From Fibrobacteria bacterium (GTDB lineage Bacteria > Fibrobacterota > Fibrobacteria > UBA11236), in the NCBI GenBank assembly GCA_050486505.1, contig JBJHDK010000050.1, positions 1 to 17,814 of the forward strand: a stretch of 17,814 nt of DNA. Direction: 5' to 3'. A program made the position numbers and the translations under genes. Below, piece after piece: positions 6,836 through 15,469 of the stretch. Each line of letters begins with the position of its first letter. Positions within the stretch are counted from its first letter, which is position 1. The notes beneath the pieces are model-generated. The model searched no databases. It was not told where the DNA came from and was given only the letters and a program-made list of their open reading frames with translations.

Positions 6836-8080
6836 ATGAAAACCGTCGTCATCACCGGAATCGGAACCGTCAATCCCCTCGGCCACAACGTCGCCGAGTA
6901 CTGGGACAACCTCGCGCAGGGCAAGTCGGGCATCAAGGAAATCGTCGGGCGCTTCGACGCCAGCACCTCGCCCAGCCGCATCGCCGGGCTGATTCCCGAG
7001 TTCGACCATGTCCCCATGTTCAAGGACGCGAAGATGGCGAAGCGTCTCGACCGCGCCATCGTCTACGGCGTCGTGGCGGGGAACCAGGCCGTGATCGACT
7101 CCGGCTTGTCCGAAGGGGCCTACGACAAGGAGCGCGTGGGCGTGTATCTCGGCAGCGGCATGGGCGGCGTTGGAACCTTCGAGGCGGAGACCGAACTCAA
7201 GGCCGCGCGCGGGCACAAGCGCGTGTCGCCGTTCTTCATTCCCATGATCCTGCCCAACACCGCATCGGGTTACCTCAGCATCGAGCACGGGTTCATGGGC
7301 CCCAACTACACCGCCGTCTCGGCCTGCGCCAGCGCCAACCACGCGATGGGGGAGGCCTTCCATGCGATCCAGCGCGGCGATGCCGACATCGTGTTCGCGG
7401 GCGGCACCGAGGCCGCGGTGATCGAGGTGGTGGTGGCGGGCTTCGCCAACATGAAGGCGCTGTCCACGCGCAACGACGACCCCGAAGCGGCTTCCCGTCC
7501 GTGGGACACGGGCCGCGACGGCTTCGTGATCGCCGAGGGCGCGGCCGTGCTGTGCCTCGAGGAGCTGGAGCACGCGAAGAAGCGCGGCGCGCGCATCTAC
7601 GGCGAGTTCGCCGGCTTCGGCCAAAGCAGCGACGGGTACCACATCACGGCCCCCCATCCCGAAGGGGCCGGCGGCGCGCTGGCCATGAAGGCGGCACTGC
7701 GCAGCGCGCGCATGAATCCCGAGGACATCGATCTTGTCAACGCGCACGGGACGTCCACGCCGCTGGGCGACATCGGGGAGACCAAGGGCGTGAAGAAGTG
7801 CTTCGGCGAGCATGCGAAGAAGCTGATGATGCACTCCACCAAGTCGATGATCGGCCACACGCTGGGCGCGGCGGGCGCGGTGGAGGCCGTGGCGGCCCTG
7901 ATGGCGCTGCACAAGGGCATCGTCCACCCGACGCGCAACCTGCAGAACCGGGATCCCGAGTGCGACCTCGACTATGTGCCGAACACGGCGCGCGAGGCGA
8001 AGGTGCGCGCGGTGCTGTCGAACTCGTTCGGCTTCGGCGGGCACAACTCGACGGTGATCTTGAAGCGGTTCGAGGGGTAG
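6836..8080 (+). CDS. fabF: Beta-ketoacyl-ACP synthase II
   Basis: VVITGIG, active-site Cys in SACASANH, SRPWDTGRDGFVIAEGA, NAHGTST, TKSMIGHTLGAAG, SNSFGFGGHN; GGAG RBS. Confidence 0.95.
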   Translation: MKTVVITGIGTVNPLGHNVAEYWDNLAQGKSGIKEIVGRFDASTSPSRIAGLIPEFDHVPMFKDAKMAKRLDRAIVYGVVAGNQAVIDSGLSEGAYDKERVGVYLGSGMGGVGTFEAETELKAARGHKRVSPFFIPMILPNTASGYLSIEHGFMGPNYTAVSACASANHAMGEAFHAIQRGDADIVFAGGTEAAVIEVVVAGFANMKALSTRNDDPEAASRPWDTGRDGFVIAEGAAVLCLEELEHAKKRGARIYGEFAGFGQSSDGYHITAPHPEGAGGALAMKAALRSARMNPEDIDLVNAHGTSTPLGDIGETKGVKKCFGEHAKKLMMHSTKSMIGHTLGAAGAVEAVAALMALHKGIVHPTRNLQNRDPECDLDYVPNTAREAKVRAVLSNSFGFGGHNSTVILKRFEG

Positions 8081-8084
8081 ATTG

Positions 8085-8119
8085 GAGTTATGAGTTATGA
8101 GTGGGGAGAGATGAGTGAG
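8085..8119. repeat. Heptamer array, left arm
   Basis: gagttat-gagttat-gagtggg-gagagat-gagtgag, starting 4 nt after the fabF stop codon. Confidence 0.8.
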
Positions 8120-8237
8120 GAAGGAATGAAGTGGATAAGTAAAGAAGACAGCCATGTTCGGGCGTCCTGTACCTGAGGTTGGAATGGCCGAAGTGCGCCT
8201 ACGTTTCTGAATTCAAAAAGTTTTTCACAGAACACAT

Positions 8238-9143
8238 ATGCCTTTTCGTTCATCACTCATCACTCATCACTCATCACTTTGGATGCGTTCGTCTTTTGTC
8301 ATTCCGGTGTTGATCATGGGCATGGCTGCTTTATTCTCCATCCCCTCCGCCCAGCCCGCCGCCGAGATGTCCCCGGCGCAACGGGACTATTGCCACATTG
8401 TGCAGGCCTGCGGGCTCACGGCGCGCCCGGGGGTTTGTCCCGCCGGGGCCGTGCAGGTCGACCCGAAGCGCTTCGACCCCGACGGGTCGCGCTGCGCCGA
8501 GGCGCGCGAGCTGTCCGCGCGCGGCCTGGGACCCGATCACCGCACGCTGGGCTTTCGGCTCTACCGCTTTCTCGGTCACGAGTACCGCATCACCTATGCG
8601 ATCGTGGATACGGTTCCGATCTCCCGCGCGCGGCTCGAGTACCTCATCGCCGACGTCCCCCTCGCCGCGCGACTGGTCGCGCACTACATGGCCGAACCCT
8701 ATTCCGCCGAGTGGCTCGACGGCGCGCGCACGCATTTCCAGGGAACCAAGGGCGTGCGCCTGCGCGGCGAGGCGCGCCGCGTCTCGGGTGACTTCGACGA
8801 GCGGCGGTTGATGTACCTGGGAAGCGGCACGGCCGAGGTGGCTTTCTGGACCCTGACGGGCCCGGCCTTTCTCGACTTCAAGTACGAGGCGCTGTCCGGA
8901 TCGAAGAAGCGCGTCGCCTACGATCTCAAGGTCGTGGTCTTTCCCGCCAACCAGTTTCTCAACAGCATCATGAACCTGCGCGTGTTCCGCAACGTCGTCA
9001 CCGGCAAGATCCGCGAGGTGCTGCACGACATCACCACCACCGCCCGCCTCCTCGACGAGGACCAAGGGCGTTCGTTGCTCGAAGGCGGCGGCTGGAGCGA
9101 TGCGGAGAAGGCGAAGATCGCGGAGCTGTTGAAGTTGGAGTGA
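8238..9143 (+). CDS. Hypothetical, probably exported protein; start at 8238 or 8283
   Basis: Long ORF with host-like codon usage; signal-like MRSSFVIPVLIMGMAALFSIPSA; four Cys in the N-terminal part; no recognised family. Confidence 0.75.
   Translation: MPFRSSLITHHSSLWMRSSFVIPVLIMGMAALFSIPSAQPAAEMSPAQRDYCHIVQACGLTARPGVCPAGAVQVDPKRFDPDGSRCAEARELSARGLGPDHRTLGFRLYRFLGHEYRITYAIVDTVPISRARLEYLIADVPLAARLVAHYMAEPYSAEWLDGARTHFQGTKGVRLRGEARRVSGDFDERRLMYLGSGTAEVAFWTLTGPAFLDFKYEALSGSKKRVAYDLKVVVFPANQFLNSIMNLRVFRNVVTGKIREVLHDITTTARLLDEDQGRSLLEGGGWSDAEKAKIAELLKLE
8250..8277. repeat. Heptamer array, right arm (inverted)
   Basis: (tcatcac)x4, the reverse complement of the gagtgat unit. Confidence 0.9.
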
Positions 9144-9167
9144 GGGGGAAGGGCGGGTGCACCGGGT

Positions 9168-12100
9168 CTAATGCCCGAACAGCTCCGCCGAGACCGGCTG
9201 CAGGCTGAGCATGTGCTTGCGGTACTGGTCGAGGAACTGGTCCCGCGCCGGGCGGCCCACGCGATCCTCGAACCCCATCTGGCGCGCCAGGCGGTTCAGC
9301 CCCACGGCGTCCGTCGGCATGGCGTGCCGCTGCTGCAGGCCCTGCAACTGCAGCCGGTGCTCGACGCGCCGCAGAAACACATAGGACTCGGTGAGCAACT
9401 GGTAGCGCCCTCCCGGCAGGATCCCGTAGCGGTTCAGGCGGCCGAGCGCCTCCAGCGTGTTCCCCGTCAGCAACTGTGGAAACTCGCGCGCATGGCGGAT
9501 CTGCAGCGACTGCGTGAAAAACTCCACCGTGCGGATGCCGCCGGGACCGAGCTTCACTTCGCCCGCGATCAGGTCGCGCGCCGTGTTCTGCTTCAGCGCA
9601 TCCAGCCCCTGCAGACGCACCTTGCACATGCTGTCCACCACCTTCGCCGCATTCTCGGGCGCGCAGGCGCGCTCCTGCGCCGCGGCGATCACAGTGTCGC
9701 CGCCTTCCTCCGCGCCGCACACCGTACGCGCCTTGAGCCAGGCCTGCAGCTCCCAGCCGTCGGCCTCGGTTTTGAAGTACTCCGCGTATTGCGACACCGA
9801 GCCGACCAGCGGCCCTTGCCCGCCCCAGGGGCGCAGCTTCATGTCGACGCGGAACAAGCGGCCCTCCGACGTGTCGCGCGTCAACAGCTTGATGAACTCG
9901 CGTCCCGCGCGCTCCGCCACCTCGCGCATGCCCGCGTGCGCGGCGGCATCCTCGAGCACGAAAACGAGATCGATGTCGGAACTGTAGTTGAGCTCCGAGC
10001 CGCCGAGCTTCCCGAGCGCCAGCACCGCCATGCGTTCCTCGAGATGTCCCTGGCCCTGCCTGTCGAGCGCCTCGCGCAACCCCGCTTCCATCAGCGCGTC
10101 GGAGAGGCCGGAGATTTCGAAGGTGATCTCGCGCAGGGGAACACTCAGGTGCAAATCGCGCAGGGCGATGCGCAGGTACTCGCGGTTGCGCAGGCGGCAG
10201 AGGCGCGTTTCCACGTCGGCGCCGAGGTCGGCGTTCGCAGCGGCGTCCGCGGCCAGGCGCGCGAACTCCTCGCGCAGGCGCGGCTTCTCGAGCGACTCGG
10301 GTTCGATCAGATCCTTGAACCCGTCGCCCTCGCGCACGGCAAGGTCCGACAGCGGATCGCTGTTGGCGAACACCAGCAACAGCTTTTCGAGCAGGGGAGG
10401 GTGGTGCAGCGCCTGGCGGATGAACACATCGGGGTGGGGGAGCCCCTGCAGGTAGCGTACCAGGTGGCGCAGTACGCCCTCCGGATCGGGGCTTCTGCGG
10501 AAGTGGCCCTCCGCGTTGAGCAGGCAGGCCGCGGCCAGGCGCTTCTCCACCAGCGTATCGAAAAGCTCGTGGAACATGCGCTTCGCCGCGGGCAGGTCGG
10601 TCATGCCGAGTCGCGTCAGGGCGGGCGAGGCCTCCTCCACGGTGGCGGCGTGATCCATCAGCGGTTCGGCCACCGACTCGTAGAGCCAATCGGGTCGCGG
10701 CCCGTCGAGGAAGCGGTGGCGGAAGAAGCTCTCGACCACGTTTTGCGCGCGCTTGAGATCGCGCTCCAGGCGCGTCTCGCCGTCGAGTCCCGGCCGCGCG
10801 GCGTAGTCGAGGCGCTTGGCGAGGAATGAAAACTCCGGGGTGCCGGCGGGCGGGCAGTCGAGGTCGCGCGCCTGCCCGCGCACGCGCCGCAGCGCGTTGA
10901 TGAGGCGGCGCAAGAGCAGGTTGGCGGAGTAGAGGTTCTCGAACTCGGCCAGCGAGAGGATCCCGGTCTCGAGCAGGGCCTCGAGGGCGCGGGCCCACTG
11001 GTGCTGCCGCACCTGCGGCTTGCGTGCGCCATGGCGGAGCTGCAGGAACTGCACGCCGTATTCCAGCTCCGCCAGCCCGCCGGGCGAATACTTCGCGTTC
11101 CACAACCCCTGTTTTTTCTTGCGGGCCGACTGCTTCGCGAACAGGTCGAGCGTCGCGGCGATCGGCAGCGGGGGATCGGAATAGGTGATGTGATCGCGCT
11201 CGTCGAGCAGCTGCCGGCCGAGCTCCGCGTCACCATGCACCAACCGCATGCGGAGCAGCGACTGCCGTTCATAGTCGAGCGCGGATCCTCCCGGCCGGTA
11301 GTAGTTCACCCAGGCCTCCCGCGAGGACGCGAGCGGCCCGCTCTCCCCGTGCGGCCTCAGGCGCAGATCGAGGGCGAAGGTTTCCCCCTCGGGAACGGAC
11401 CAGGTGCGGATCAGCTCACGGCAGAGGCGCTCGTAGAAGTCCCCCTGGCGCAAGGGATCCTCCCCCCCTGTGTCCCCCCCTCCTCCGTGCACGATGACGA
11501 TCTCGAGGTCGGAGCCCGACCCGAGTTCCTCGCCGCCGAACTTGCCGAGGGCGAAGAGCGCGAAGGGCGCGGCCTTGCCGTGGCGCGATTCGAGGTCGGC
11601 GCGCAGGCGGTCGATGAGAAAGGAGAGGCTTGCCTCGGCGATTCCGGCGAGGCGTTCCGAGAACCCGCGCCAGTCGCGCGCCGGGGTGAGCAGCAGGTCG
11701 AGCTCTGCCTTGAGAACTTCGCGGTCGCGCCAGGCGCGCAGGGCCTTGGCGCATTGCTCCCGGTCGCCCGAGTCGATCTCGCGCAGCGCTTGCGCGTGGG
11801 CGTCGCGGTCGGGCGGGGTGATCTCGCGGGCGAGCTCGGTGAGCAGCAGGCGGAAGGCGCGCGGACCGATGCGGTCGACCGCATCCCACAGCCACGGCCC
11901 GGAGGTGAGCACGCGCGAGAGCGCGGGCAGCACGTTGAGGTTTTCGCGCGCGGTCCAGTCGGACGACTCCTCGAGCCAGTCCTCCACCAGTCCCTGGAGC
12001 CCCTCGGCGGCGGCCTGCAGGTCGACGGCCGCGGGCAGGGTCTGCAGCAGGCGTTCCATCAGCGCGATGCCCGTGCGGATCTTTTCGAGCTCGCGCGCGT

Positions 12101-12851
12101 CGCGCACGGGCTGCCCTCCGGGACCGGCGACGAGCAGGGAGTTCTCGAAGAAGCCGTCGTCGCCCGCGTCGGTGAGCAGGGAGACCAGCGAGAGGCCCTG
12201 CAGGCTGAGCGCGCCCGCGATGCAGAACAACATGCCCTCGCGGTCGCGCGCGCGGATCACCAGGCGCGTGGCGTTGTTCACCGCGTGGATCTGGATCTCG
12301 AGCGGCACGGGATCGCCCGCGAGGTTGTTGCGGGCCTCGAGGCGCTTGCCGATGCGGCGGTAGAGTTCGACACGGATGGCGGCGTTGTCCCCGCGCTCGA
12401 AGCGCCGCAGAAGGTCCTCCATCTCCGCGCGCAGGCGCTCGCGCTCGGCCTCCGAATCCCGCGCGGGATCGTCGTGGCGCAGCACGAGGAAGTCGAGGAT
12501 CCCCCCGCGCGGCAAGGCTTTCGGTGCGCCGTCCTTGCCGAACGAAAACACGCGCCCCGTGCGGATGTCGTAGCCTTCGCTGGCAAGGAATCCCGAAACG
12601 GCAGCGAAAAACCCCTGGAAGTCCCCCCCGATCAAGGTGAGCCCGCTCAGGCCTTCATCCAGCCGCTCCACGCGCACGTTGCGTGGTGACCCGGATTCAA
12701 GGCCCTCGAGCGTTTCGATGTGCCGGGCGATCTCCTCCGCGGAGAAGTCGTTCCAGTAGTCGGCGTCCATGCGGCGCACGTGGCGCTCCACGGCATCGGC
12801 GGCGATCCCGGGCAGTTCGAGAAGGCGGGATTTCTTGTCGGCGGGAGACAC
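9168..12851 (-). CDS. glnE: GlnE-like glutamine synthetase adenylyltransferase/adenylyl-removing enzyme with an N-terminal ACT-like extension
   Basis: Two nucleotidyltransferase repeats: ALGKFGGEELGSGSDLE...LDLRLRPHGESGPL and ALGKLGGSELNYSSDID...VDMKLRPWGGQGPL; also KLGPGGIRTVEF and FLRRVEHRLQL. Confidence 0.88.
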   Translation of the reverse strand: MSPADKKSRLLELPGIAADAVERHVRRMDADYWNDFSAEEIARHIETLEGLESGSPRNVRVERLDEGLSGLTLIGGDFQGFFAAVSGFLASEGYDIRTGRVFSFGKDGAPKALPRGGILDFLVLRHDDPARDSEAERERLRAEMEDLLRRFERGDNAAIRVELYRRIGKRLEARNNLAGDPVPLEIQIHAVNNATRLVIRARDREGMLFCIAGALSLQGLSLVSLLTDAGDDGFFENSLLVAGPGGQPVRDARELEKIRTGIALMERLLQTLPAAVDLQAAAEGLQGLVEDWLEESSDWTARENLNVLPALSRVLTSGPWLWDAVDRIGPRAFRLLLTELAREITPPDRDAHAQALREIDSGDREQCAKALRAWRDREVLKAELDLLLTPARDWRGFSERLAGIAEASLSFLIDRLRADLESRHGKAAPFALFALGKFGGEELGSGSDLEIVIVHGGGGDTGGEDPLRQGDFYERLCRELIRTWSVPEGETFALDLRLRPHGESGPLASSREAWVNYYRPGGSALDYERQSLLRMRLVHGDAELGRQLLDERDHITYSDPPLPIAATLDLFAKQSARKKKQGLWNAKYSPGGLAELEYGVQFLQLRHGARKPQVRQHQWARALEALLETGILSLAEFENLYSANLLLRRLINALRRVRGQARDLDCPPAGTPEFSFLAKRLDYAARPGLDGETRLERDLKRAQNVVESFFRHRFLDGPRPDWLYESVAEPLMDHAATVEEASPALTRLGMTDLPAAKRMFHELFDTLVEKRLAAACLLNAEGHFRRSPDPEGVLRHLVRYLQGLPHPDVFIRQALHHPPLLEKLLLVFANSDPLSDLAVREGDGFKDLIEPESLEKPRLREEFARLAADAAANADLGADVETRLCRLRNREYLRIALRDLHLSVPLREITFEISGLSDALMEAGLREALDRQGQGHLEERMAVLALGKLGGSELNYSSDIDLVFVLEDAAAHAGMREVAERAGREFIKLLTRDTSEGRLFRVDMKLRPWGGQGPLVGSVSQYAEYFKTEADGWELQAWLKARTVCGAEEGGDTVIAAAQERACAPENAAKVVDSMCKVRLQGLDALKQNTARDLIAGEVKLGPGGIRTVEFFTQSLQIRHAREFPQLLTGNTLEALGRLNRYGILPGGRYQLLTESYVFLRRVEHRLQLQGLQQRHAMPTDAVGLNRLARQMGFEDRVGRPARDQFLDQYRKHMLSLQPVSAELFGH

Positions 12852-12857
12852 GAAGGG

Positions 12858-12899
12858 AAGTTAAGAATTACGAATTAAGAATTACGAATTAAGAATGAG
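12858..12899. repeat. AT-rich heptamer array
   Basis: aagttaa-gaattac-gaattaa-gaattac-gaattaa-gaatgag, immediately upstream of the glnE GTG. Confidence 0.9.
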
Positions 12900-12965
12900 T
12901 GCGGGGGCGGATCGTGAAGCGCGATGCACACGGATTCGACCGGCGATTGATTGACCACACAGTGA

Positions 12966-13000
12966 TCCTCCCACCTCTTACCTCCTACCTGACACCTGAT
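12966..13000. repeat. Pyrimidine-rich heptamer array
   Basis: tcctccc-acctctt-acctcct-acctgac-acctgat. Confidence 0.65.
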
Positions 13001-13099
13001 CCCTCTCCATCACACACCGTGTGGTCCAGTCTATCACACACTCTCATTGGATGCGTGGGGGATCCGACGGAATCGCGCGATTTCAGGGGAAACCCCCGT

Positions 13100-13114
13100 T
13101 GGCACGTTCCTTGT
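13100..13114 (+). promoter_or_regulatory. Candidate sigma-54 (-24/-12) promoter for spoVG
   Basis: TGGCACG-TTCC-TTGT versus consensus TGGCACG-N4-TTGC, correct spacing, about 90 nt upstream of the spoVG start. Confidence 0.55.
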
Positions 13115-13202
13115 AAGGGGTTGTGGTTGCTCCGGGAGAACCCCCGGGGTCCGGCGAGAAATCATCACAATTCCGTGCCGCCGGAGAAAAAGGAGAACGA
13201 TC

Positions 13203-13487
13203 ATGTCCGTCAACGGTATCGAGATCACGGAGATCCAGATCCATCCTCTCAAGAAGAAGGATCCTGGTGGCCACCTTGAGGCGTTCGCCCGGGTGATTCT
13301 CAACGGCCAGCTGTGCATCAACAGCATTCGGGTGGTGCGGGGGAAATTCGGCCCCTTCGTGTCCTATCCGCGCGAGTTCAATCGCAAGGAAGGGAAGGGG
13401 TACAACCTCTGCTACCCGATCACCAAGCCGCTGCAGAGTTATCTCTCGGAACGGATCCTCAATCAGTGGAAAGCCGTCGCGGCTTGA
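13203..13487 (+). CDS. spoVG: SpoVG-family nucleic-acid-binding protein (94 aa)
   Basis: IEITEIQI..LEAFARVILNGQLCINSIRVVRGKFGPFVSYPR..YNLCYPIT matches the SpoVG pattern; AAGGAG RBS. Confidence 0.88.
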   Translation: MSVNGIEITEIQIHPLKKKDPGGHLEAFARVILNGQLCINSIRVVRGKFGPFVSYPREFNRKEGKGYNLCYPITKPLQSYLSERILNQWKAVAA

Positions 13488-13605
13488 CGCCGGCACCGGA
13501 GGGCCTCGCGCCTTCCGGAGTCCGGGCGGGGTGCCGAAAGGCATGAGGCCGCGAGGCCGAATCACCCCCGTCCGGACGCTCGCGCTCCGTTGCTGATTCC
13601 CGTTC

Positions 13606-15147
13606 ATGCTTTCCGTTCTGTGCAGCGGTGCGCTGCAAGGCATCGACGCCGTGCCCGTGACGGTGGAAGTCGACATCGCCTTCGGCCTGCCCGCTTTCAG
13701 TCTCGTCGGCCTGCCAGACTCCGCCGTGAAGGAGGCGCGCGAACGCGTGTTCTCCGCCATGAAGAACGCGGGGTATGTCATTCCCAGCCGCCGCATCACC
13801 ATCAACCTCGCGCCCGCCGATTTGCGCAAGGAAGGCTCGGCACTTGATCTTCCCATGGCCTTGGGCATGCTGGCCGCCTCCGAACAGATGAGCCCCGATT
13901 TGCTCGTGGGCGTGATGGCGCTGGGCGAGCTTGCGCTCGACGGGGGCCTGCGTCCCGCGCGGGGGATTCTTTCCATGGTGTTGATGGCGCGGCGTCAGGG
14001 GTTGCGCGCGGTGCTTCTCCCCGCCGCCAACGCGCGCGAGGCGGCGCTGGTTCCGGGCATCCGCCTGTTGCCGGCGGAGACGTTGAAGGGCGCCTTGGAA
14101 GCGCTGCGCTCCGGGGAAGGCGTCGCGATTCCCGAGGGCGGCGAGCAATTGGAACCGGCTTCGACATTGGAGCCCGACTTCGGCGAGATCAAGGGGCAGG
14201 CGCAGGCCAAGCGCGCGCTCGAAGTGGCGGCGGCGGGCGGGCACAACTTCCTGATGGCAGGCAGTCCCGGCTGCGGGAAAACCTTGATGGCGCGGCGACT
14301 GCCGTCGATCCTGCCGCCGCTTTCCGACGAGGAGGGGCTCGAGGCGACGCGCATCTACAGCGTGGCGGGCCTGCTGCGTCCGGGCCACGGCATCATGCGC
14401 CAGCGGCCGTTCCGGTCACCGCACCATTCGATCAGCGACCAGGCGCTGGTGGGCGGCGGCAAGGTGCCGCGTCCCGGCGAGGTGAGTCTCGCGCACCTCG
14501 GGGTGCTGTTTCTCGACGAACTGCCCGAGTTCCGCAAGTCAACGTTGGAGACCCTGCGCCAGCCGCTGGAGGACGGGAAGGTCACCATCGCCCGCACGGC
14601 GCATACGGTGACCTATCCCTCGCGGTGCATGCTGGGCGCGGCGATGAACCCATGTCCCTGCGGATTCCTCATGGATCCCCTCGGCCGCTGCACTTGCCGC
14701 CCCGAAGTGATCGCGCGTTACCGCGGTCGCATCTCGGGGCCGCTGCTTGATCGTATCGACCTGCATCTCGAAGTGCCGTCCCTCGGTGTCGAGGAAGTGA
14801 TCACCGACAAGTGGGAAGAAAGTTCCGAATCAATCCGCGCGCGGGTGTTGCGGGCGCGGGAGATTCAGATCGCGCGCTTTCACGATCAGGAGGGCGTGCA
14901 TTGCAACGCGCACATGGCCACACGCGAGATCCGAAAACATTGCGGGCTTTCTGCGGCGTGCAAATCCCTGCTGCGGGGTGCGGTGGAATCACTCGGCCTT
15001 TCGGCACGCGCCTTCGACCGCATCCTAAAGGTCGCGCGCACACTGGCGGACCTGGAGGGCGTGGAGTCGATCGCCGAGCGGCACATCGCCGAGGCGATCC
15101 ATTACCGGAGTCTGGATCGACAGGCGGGGAGGGAGGGGGTGGGGTGA
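13606..15147 (+). CDS. comM: ComM/YifB-family Mg-chelatase-like AAA+ ATPase
   Basis: GLPDSAVKEARERV, RITINLAPADLRKEGSALDL, GSPGCGKT, RPFRSPHH, PGEVSLAHLGVLFLDELPEF, AAMNPCPCG, SGPLLDRID. Confidence 0.95.
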   Translation: MLSVLCSGALQGIDAVPVTVEVDIAFGLPAFSLVGLPDSAVKEARERVFSAMKNAGYVIPSRRITINLAPADLRKEGSALDLPMALGMLAASEQMSPDLLVGVMALGELALDGGLRPARGILSMVLMARRQGLRAVLLPAANAREAALVPGIRLLPAETLKGALEALRSGEGVAIPEGGEQLEPASTLEPDFGEIKGQAQAKRALEVAAAGGHNFLMAGSPGCGKTLMARRLPSILPPLSDEEGLEATRIYSVAGLLRPGHGIMRQRPFRSPHHSISDQALVGGGKVPRPGEVSLAHLGVLFLDELPEFRKSTLETLRQPLEDGKVTIARTAHTVTYPSRCMLGAAMNPCPCGFLMDPLGRCTCRPEVIARYRGRISGPLLDRIDLHLEVPSLGVEEVITDKWEESSESIRARVLRAREIQIARFHDQEGVHCNAHMATREIRKHCGLSAACKSLLRGAVESLGLSARAFDRILKVARTLADLEGVESIAERHIAEAIHYRSLDRQAGREGVG

Positions 15148-15283
15148 ACTGTCCGCTAAACCGTGGGGACGTTCAGGTGTTTGTTGCCGATTCAGGGAGT
15201 TCGGGAGTCCCGTGATTTTCGGGCAGTGATTCCCTGACATTTGGAGATCGAAGCCTTGACCACTTTTAAATGGTAGGTTACGT

Positions 15284-15469
15284 ATGCCACTCAGCGGCAG
15301 GGAAATGGTTCGTCTGTTCGAAAAGGCAGGATGGCGCATGGTACGGTAAACGGGATCGCATGCCATCATGCGCAACTCGTGCGGGATGATGTGGCCGGTT
15401 CCTTTGCACCGTGAGTTAAAGATCGGTACGGAGCACGCGTGTTTTAAAAAGCTGAGGGAGATGTCGTGA
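15284..15469 (+). pseudogene. hicA: HicA-family mRNase toxin with an in-frame TAA at codon 22
   Basis: Manual translation MPLSGREMVRLFEKAGWRMVR*TGSHAIMRNSCGMMWPVPLHRELKIGTEHACFKKLREMS; G-W, GSH and VPxH motifs; stop overlaps the hicB start (GTGA). Confidence 0.88.

Noticed and set aside
128..8277. GAGTNNT repeats as a CRISPR array
   Set aside because: Units are 7-nt tandem repeats, dispersed and inverted; there is no regular repeat-spacer period and no cas gene in the window.
9031..12689. Long ORFs 9031-11103 (-), 9171-10829 (+) and 11001-12689 (+)
   Set aside because: Off-frame or antisense shadows of glnE caused by high GC3.
13606..15147. comM interrupted by an integrative element
   Set aside because: The ORF is full-length and uninterrupted; no integrase in the window.
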